The notes beneath the pieces were generated by a model, which did not search any database, was not told the DNA's origin, and saw nothing but the letters and a program-made list of their open reading frames with translations. Both the position numbers and the translations under genes were made by a program. 64,000 nt of DNA. It comes from the human T2T-CHM13v2.0 reference genome, Homo sapiens. Positions within the stretch are counted from its first letter, which is position 1. Every line of letters starts with the position of its first letter. The stretch lies in NCBI RefSeq assembly GCF_009914755.1, contig NC_060940.1; one strand, written 5' to 3'. This document shows, piece by piece, positions 59,666 through 64,000 of this stretch.

Positions 59666-60616
59666 TCAGCAATCTGTGACTCTGAAGCATGACAATTGGT
59701 GTCTCTTTCTGTGTGCACACATGGACTTAGTCTCTACTTTACTTGTTTGGATTGGGTTAAGCTGTACACTGATTCAATCCCTTCTCCATAAACTGTGTAT
59801 ACATTCCAAACACAGACCATCTATCACCGTGGGGGTGAAATCTGACCAGAACATCATAAAGTTGTTTGCAGCACTTACTGAGTTTGATCTGGCTAATGAC
59901 CCAAGGGGCCAGACTAGTTAGATGCTCAGCCAATACTCAACACACTTCTGTTATTTGCCTACCATTGTAACAACTTTTGCTACCTGTAGTACTGTTGTTT
60001 ACTTAAACATTTTTCTTTAAATCAATTCCCCTTTTTTTACTTAAGCACGTTTATGAACATAAAGCAAAAGTCAGTATCTCTTGCCATAAGTAGAAGGTGG
60101 CTCTTAAAAGTAAGCCCAGTGAAAACAGAATGTTACCCATTCTAACTAGATACTGTTGCCTGAGCCTGAGGCCTCATTGTTAAACCCGGAGATTAGAAGG
60201 GTTGGAGAGGTGTTAAGGAGCTGTTGGTACCAAGCTGAGACTTTCTCCTTGACTAAATCAGAATAATTACATGAGAATAGAAAAGGGTAGACATTCTAGA
60301 GGCCCTTTATATCTTCTACAACTACCTATTGGAACCTAATGTGATGTTCACCTATGTGGCTTTGGGGTGCTAGACTATATAAGGCAGACGAAGCCTTGGT
60401 TCTTCCCATATGCTTGAGTCATGGCAAACATTTAATACTTTGATGTTGCTCTTGTAGTTGCTATTATAATAACTGTTATTACTTTATTATTTCAGAGCAG
60501 GGAATAGACCTTCTGGGGAAAGTTGGGAGTGGGGTTACTCTATGAACATCCTCTTACAGCCATGATGGCTTGGGCAGGCACATAGAGTTTAATTCCTATC
60601 AGAGAATGGAGTTGGA

Positions 60617-60905
60617 GGTGGGGTGCAGTGGCTCACACCTGTAGTCCAAGCACTTTGGGAAGCCAATGCGGGTGGATCGCTTGATCCCAGGAGTTCGAGA
60701 CAAGCCTGGGCAACATGGCAAAACCTTATCTCTACTGAAAATACAAAAATTAGCTGGGCATGGTGGCATGCGCCTGTAGTCCCAGCTACTCAAGTGGCTA
60801 AGGTGGGAGGATCACCTGAGCCCGGGAGGTGGAGGTTGCAGTGAGTCAAGATCGTGCCACTGCACCCCAGCCTGGGCAACAGAGCGAGAGCCTGTCGAGA
60901 GAGAG

Positions 60906-60938
<33 letters not shown>
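60617..60938 (+). mobile_element. Alu with (GA)n in place of a poly(A) tail
   Basis: TSD AGAGAA(TG/CA)GAGTTGGAG. Confidence 0.9.
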
Positions 60939-61234
60939 CAGAGTTGGAGAAGAAAGCACTTCATGCTTTGGCCAAGACTCCTTCTGGGGAAGGAAGGTGA
61001 GAAATGTTACTGTGTCAGATAATTGGATCAGGAGTGAATATGCTTGGGCAGGTTTAACATCTCTGTTTAGACGTGAAGGTCTGACCTTATACATCTGGAT
61101 ATTCTGTGGGGTGTCAGGCACTGTGCTGGGCTTTGTCAGGGATACAGAGCTGCTGCCCTCAAGGGGCTTGCGATCTCCCGGGAGAAGCCACAGGCACAAG
61201 AAACTAGAACACAGGATAAAACAAGGGTCAATTT

Positions 61235-61600
61235 ATTTTACTATTAAGCTTCTTATGGGTGCAAATGGCAGGCATCCAATTTGGATATGCATAAATAAGA
61301 AAGAAAATGTATTGTTTCCATATCTGATGAGGCCAGGAATGAATGGCTTCAGGCATGGCTGGATCCAGGTGTTCAAATGGCAAAGTCAGAAATTTCTCTC
61401 CATCTCGTGCCTCTTCTTTCCTCTGTATTGGCTTTATTCTCAGGAAGACTTCCCGTTTGGGCTGCCAAATACCACCAGCTTAGTAGGCTTAGTTAAAAGT
61501 GAGGTCTCTCCTTCAGTTATTCCAATATAAACGAATAGAATTGAGTCCTAATGTTCCACTTTGAGTCACATGCACATCTCCCAGAGCTAAGAGGAGAGAT
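61235..61600 (-). mobile_element. Old MLT1 (MLT1J/K-like) LTR
   Basis: GGCTTCAGGCATGGCTGGATCCAGGTGTTCAAA. Confidence 0.65.
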
Positions 61601-62094
61601 CAGCCTGGCAACTCACACCAACTGAGATGAAAGGGACAGCGGGATATCTTCACCTGAAACCTCAGTGCAAGGGGGAGAGTATGCTGGGCACAGAGGAACC
61701 ACACTGCCCAGCATGGTGCCCCCAGAAGGGAAAGGCTCTCAGAGGGGGTGAGGGTCCAGCCTGAAGTCAGGAGAGCTTCATGGAGGAAGTGGCCTTTGGT
61801 CTGGACCTTAAAGATCAAATACAACTGGAGCTCCAGGAATAGAGCTGGGATGCTCCTGCCGCAGGTTCCTGCTCTGTGTCCAGAGAGAAGGGAGGGGGAA
61901 GCAGGAATGTCCTTAGAAACCCTCATGTGCCATAACAAGTACCTGGTGGTCTTCACAAGAACCTGCCCTCTCATGCATATGGGAAACAGAGTCTCAGAAA
62001 ACTCTGGCATTCCTCATCCATGACCCATACTCTCCAACCTCATGCTCCGGACACAACCTCACCCCATTCTAATTTGTATCCATGGAACACCCTT

Positions 62095-62103
62095 TTTTCC
62101 TTT

Positions 62104-62134
<31 letters not shown>

Positions 62135-62425
62135 GAGACGGAGTCTCACTCTGTCGTCCAGGCTGGAGTGCAGTGGGGCGATCTCAGCTCAGTGCAATCT
62201 CGGCTCACTGCAACCTCCACCTCCCAGGCTAAAGCAGTTCTCCTGCCTCAGCCTCCCAGGTAGCTGGGATTACAAGGGCCCGCCACCAGCTAATTTTTGT
62301 ATTTTTAGTAGAGACAGGGTTTCACTATGTTGGCCAGGCTAGTCTCAAACTCCTGACCTCAGGTGATCCTCCTGCCTCAGCCTCCCAAAGTGCTGGGATT
62401 ACAGGCATGAGCCACCGCACCTGGC
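62095..62425 (-). mobile_element. AluS
   Basis: Antisense Alu with a 16-nt internal duplication at ~62180-62210. Confidence 0.95.
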
Positions 62426-62559
62426 TGGAATGCCCTTTTCAAATCCCAGCTTTGATGGCATCACACCCTCATGCCTCCAAAGGTTCCAGTTCTCTTGGGA
62501 TTGAAACCCTAATCTTTAACACAGTCCACAAGCCCTTGCGTGGCCTGGCCCTGCTCACC

Positions 62560-62621
62560 CTTGCAGGCTCCCTCCCCACCCCTGCAGGCTCCCTCCCCAC
62601 CCCTGCAGGCTCCCTCCCCAC
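62560..62621. repeat. 3 x 21-bp tandem repeat CCTGCAGGCTCCCTCCCCACC
   Basis: Direct reading. Confidence 0.9.
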
Positions 62622-62729
62622 TTCAGCCTTCCCCCTTCCCCTCCCCTCTCCTATCCTTTAACCTCAGCTCCTCCATCACTTCTCCAAGGACTCTCAGACC
62701 TGGCCAGGCCTCCGTTTTCTAATAAAAAT

Positions 62730-63070
<341 letters not shown>

Positions 63071-63294
63071 CTCTAGCATCTCAGGGCATGGGGTCCCAAT
63101 CTTTCCTGTCATGTTTCATAGCTCTGCTTTTTTGATGGATTCTTCGCTTAACATCTGTCTTACCCACCGACAGCTAGTGACAATGGAAACTGGCATACTG
63201 AGGACCTGGCCTGTGCTAGGCTCAGTCCATAGCACTTTTTGTGCATCGCCGAATTTCCTCCTCTCAGCAATCCTGTAAGTTAGATGTAATTGTT

Positions 63295-64000
<706 letters not shown>

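Noticed and set aside
60829-61530. 233-aa ORF
   Set aside because: Stitched from an Alu end, (GA)n, L2 and MLT1 sequence

Overview
Human/primate genomic DNA, very Alu-dense (roughly 80 Alu/FLAM elements) with MIR, L2, old L1M, one L1PA, MaLR/ERVL/ERV1 LTRs and hAT/Tigger/Mariner DNA-transposon relics. The only clear gene structure is a CpG-island promoter (~17.8-19.0 kb) with a GC-rich, ATG-less first exon ending at a CAG|GTATGA donor (18330/18331) on the + strand. The rest of the window looks like one very long first intron. From memory this resembles the 5' end of DLGAP4 (20q11.23); I could not verify that. No host protein-coding exon is supportable: the ORF track is Alu, L1 or simple-repeat derived. 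The most unusual signal is a set of short, locally templated DNA insertions: 23521-23591 copied to 26838-26908, 46429-46497 copied to 47883-47953, an inverted copy of 56273-56425 at 58898-59048, a fold-back in an Alu linker at 10095-10140, and an Alu B-box patch in an L1 at 57859-57875. Also notable are an antisense MLT2A LTR retaining DUX4-type and TATA motifs, a ~1 kb frame-preserving (CAC/CAT)n tract grown inside a MIR, a three-arm Alu within one TSD pair, (TA)31 and (GGAA)17 tracts, and two candidate unannotated exons. Repeat boundaries and subfamily names are by eye and approximate.
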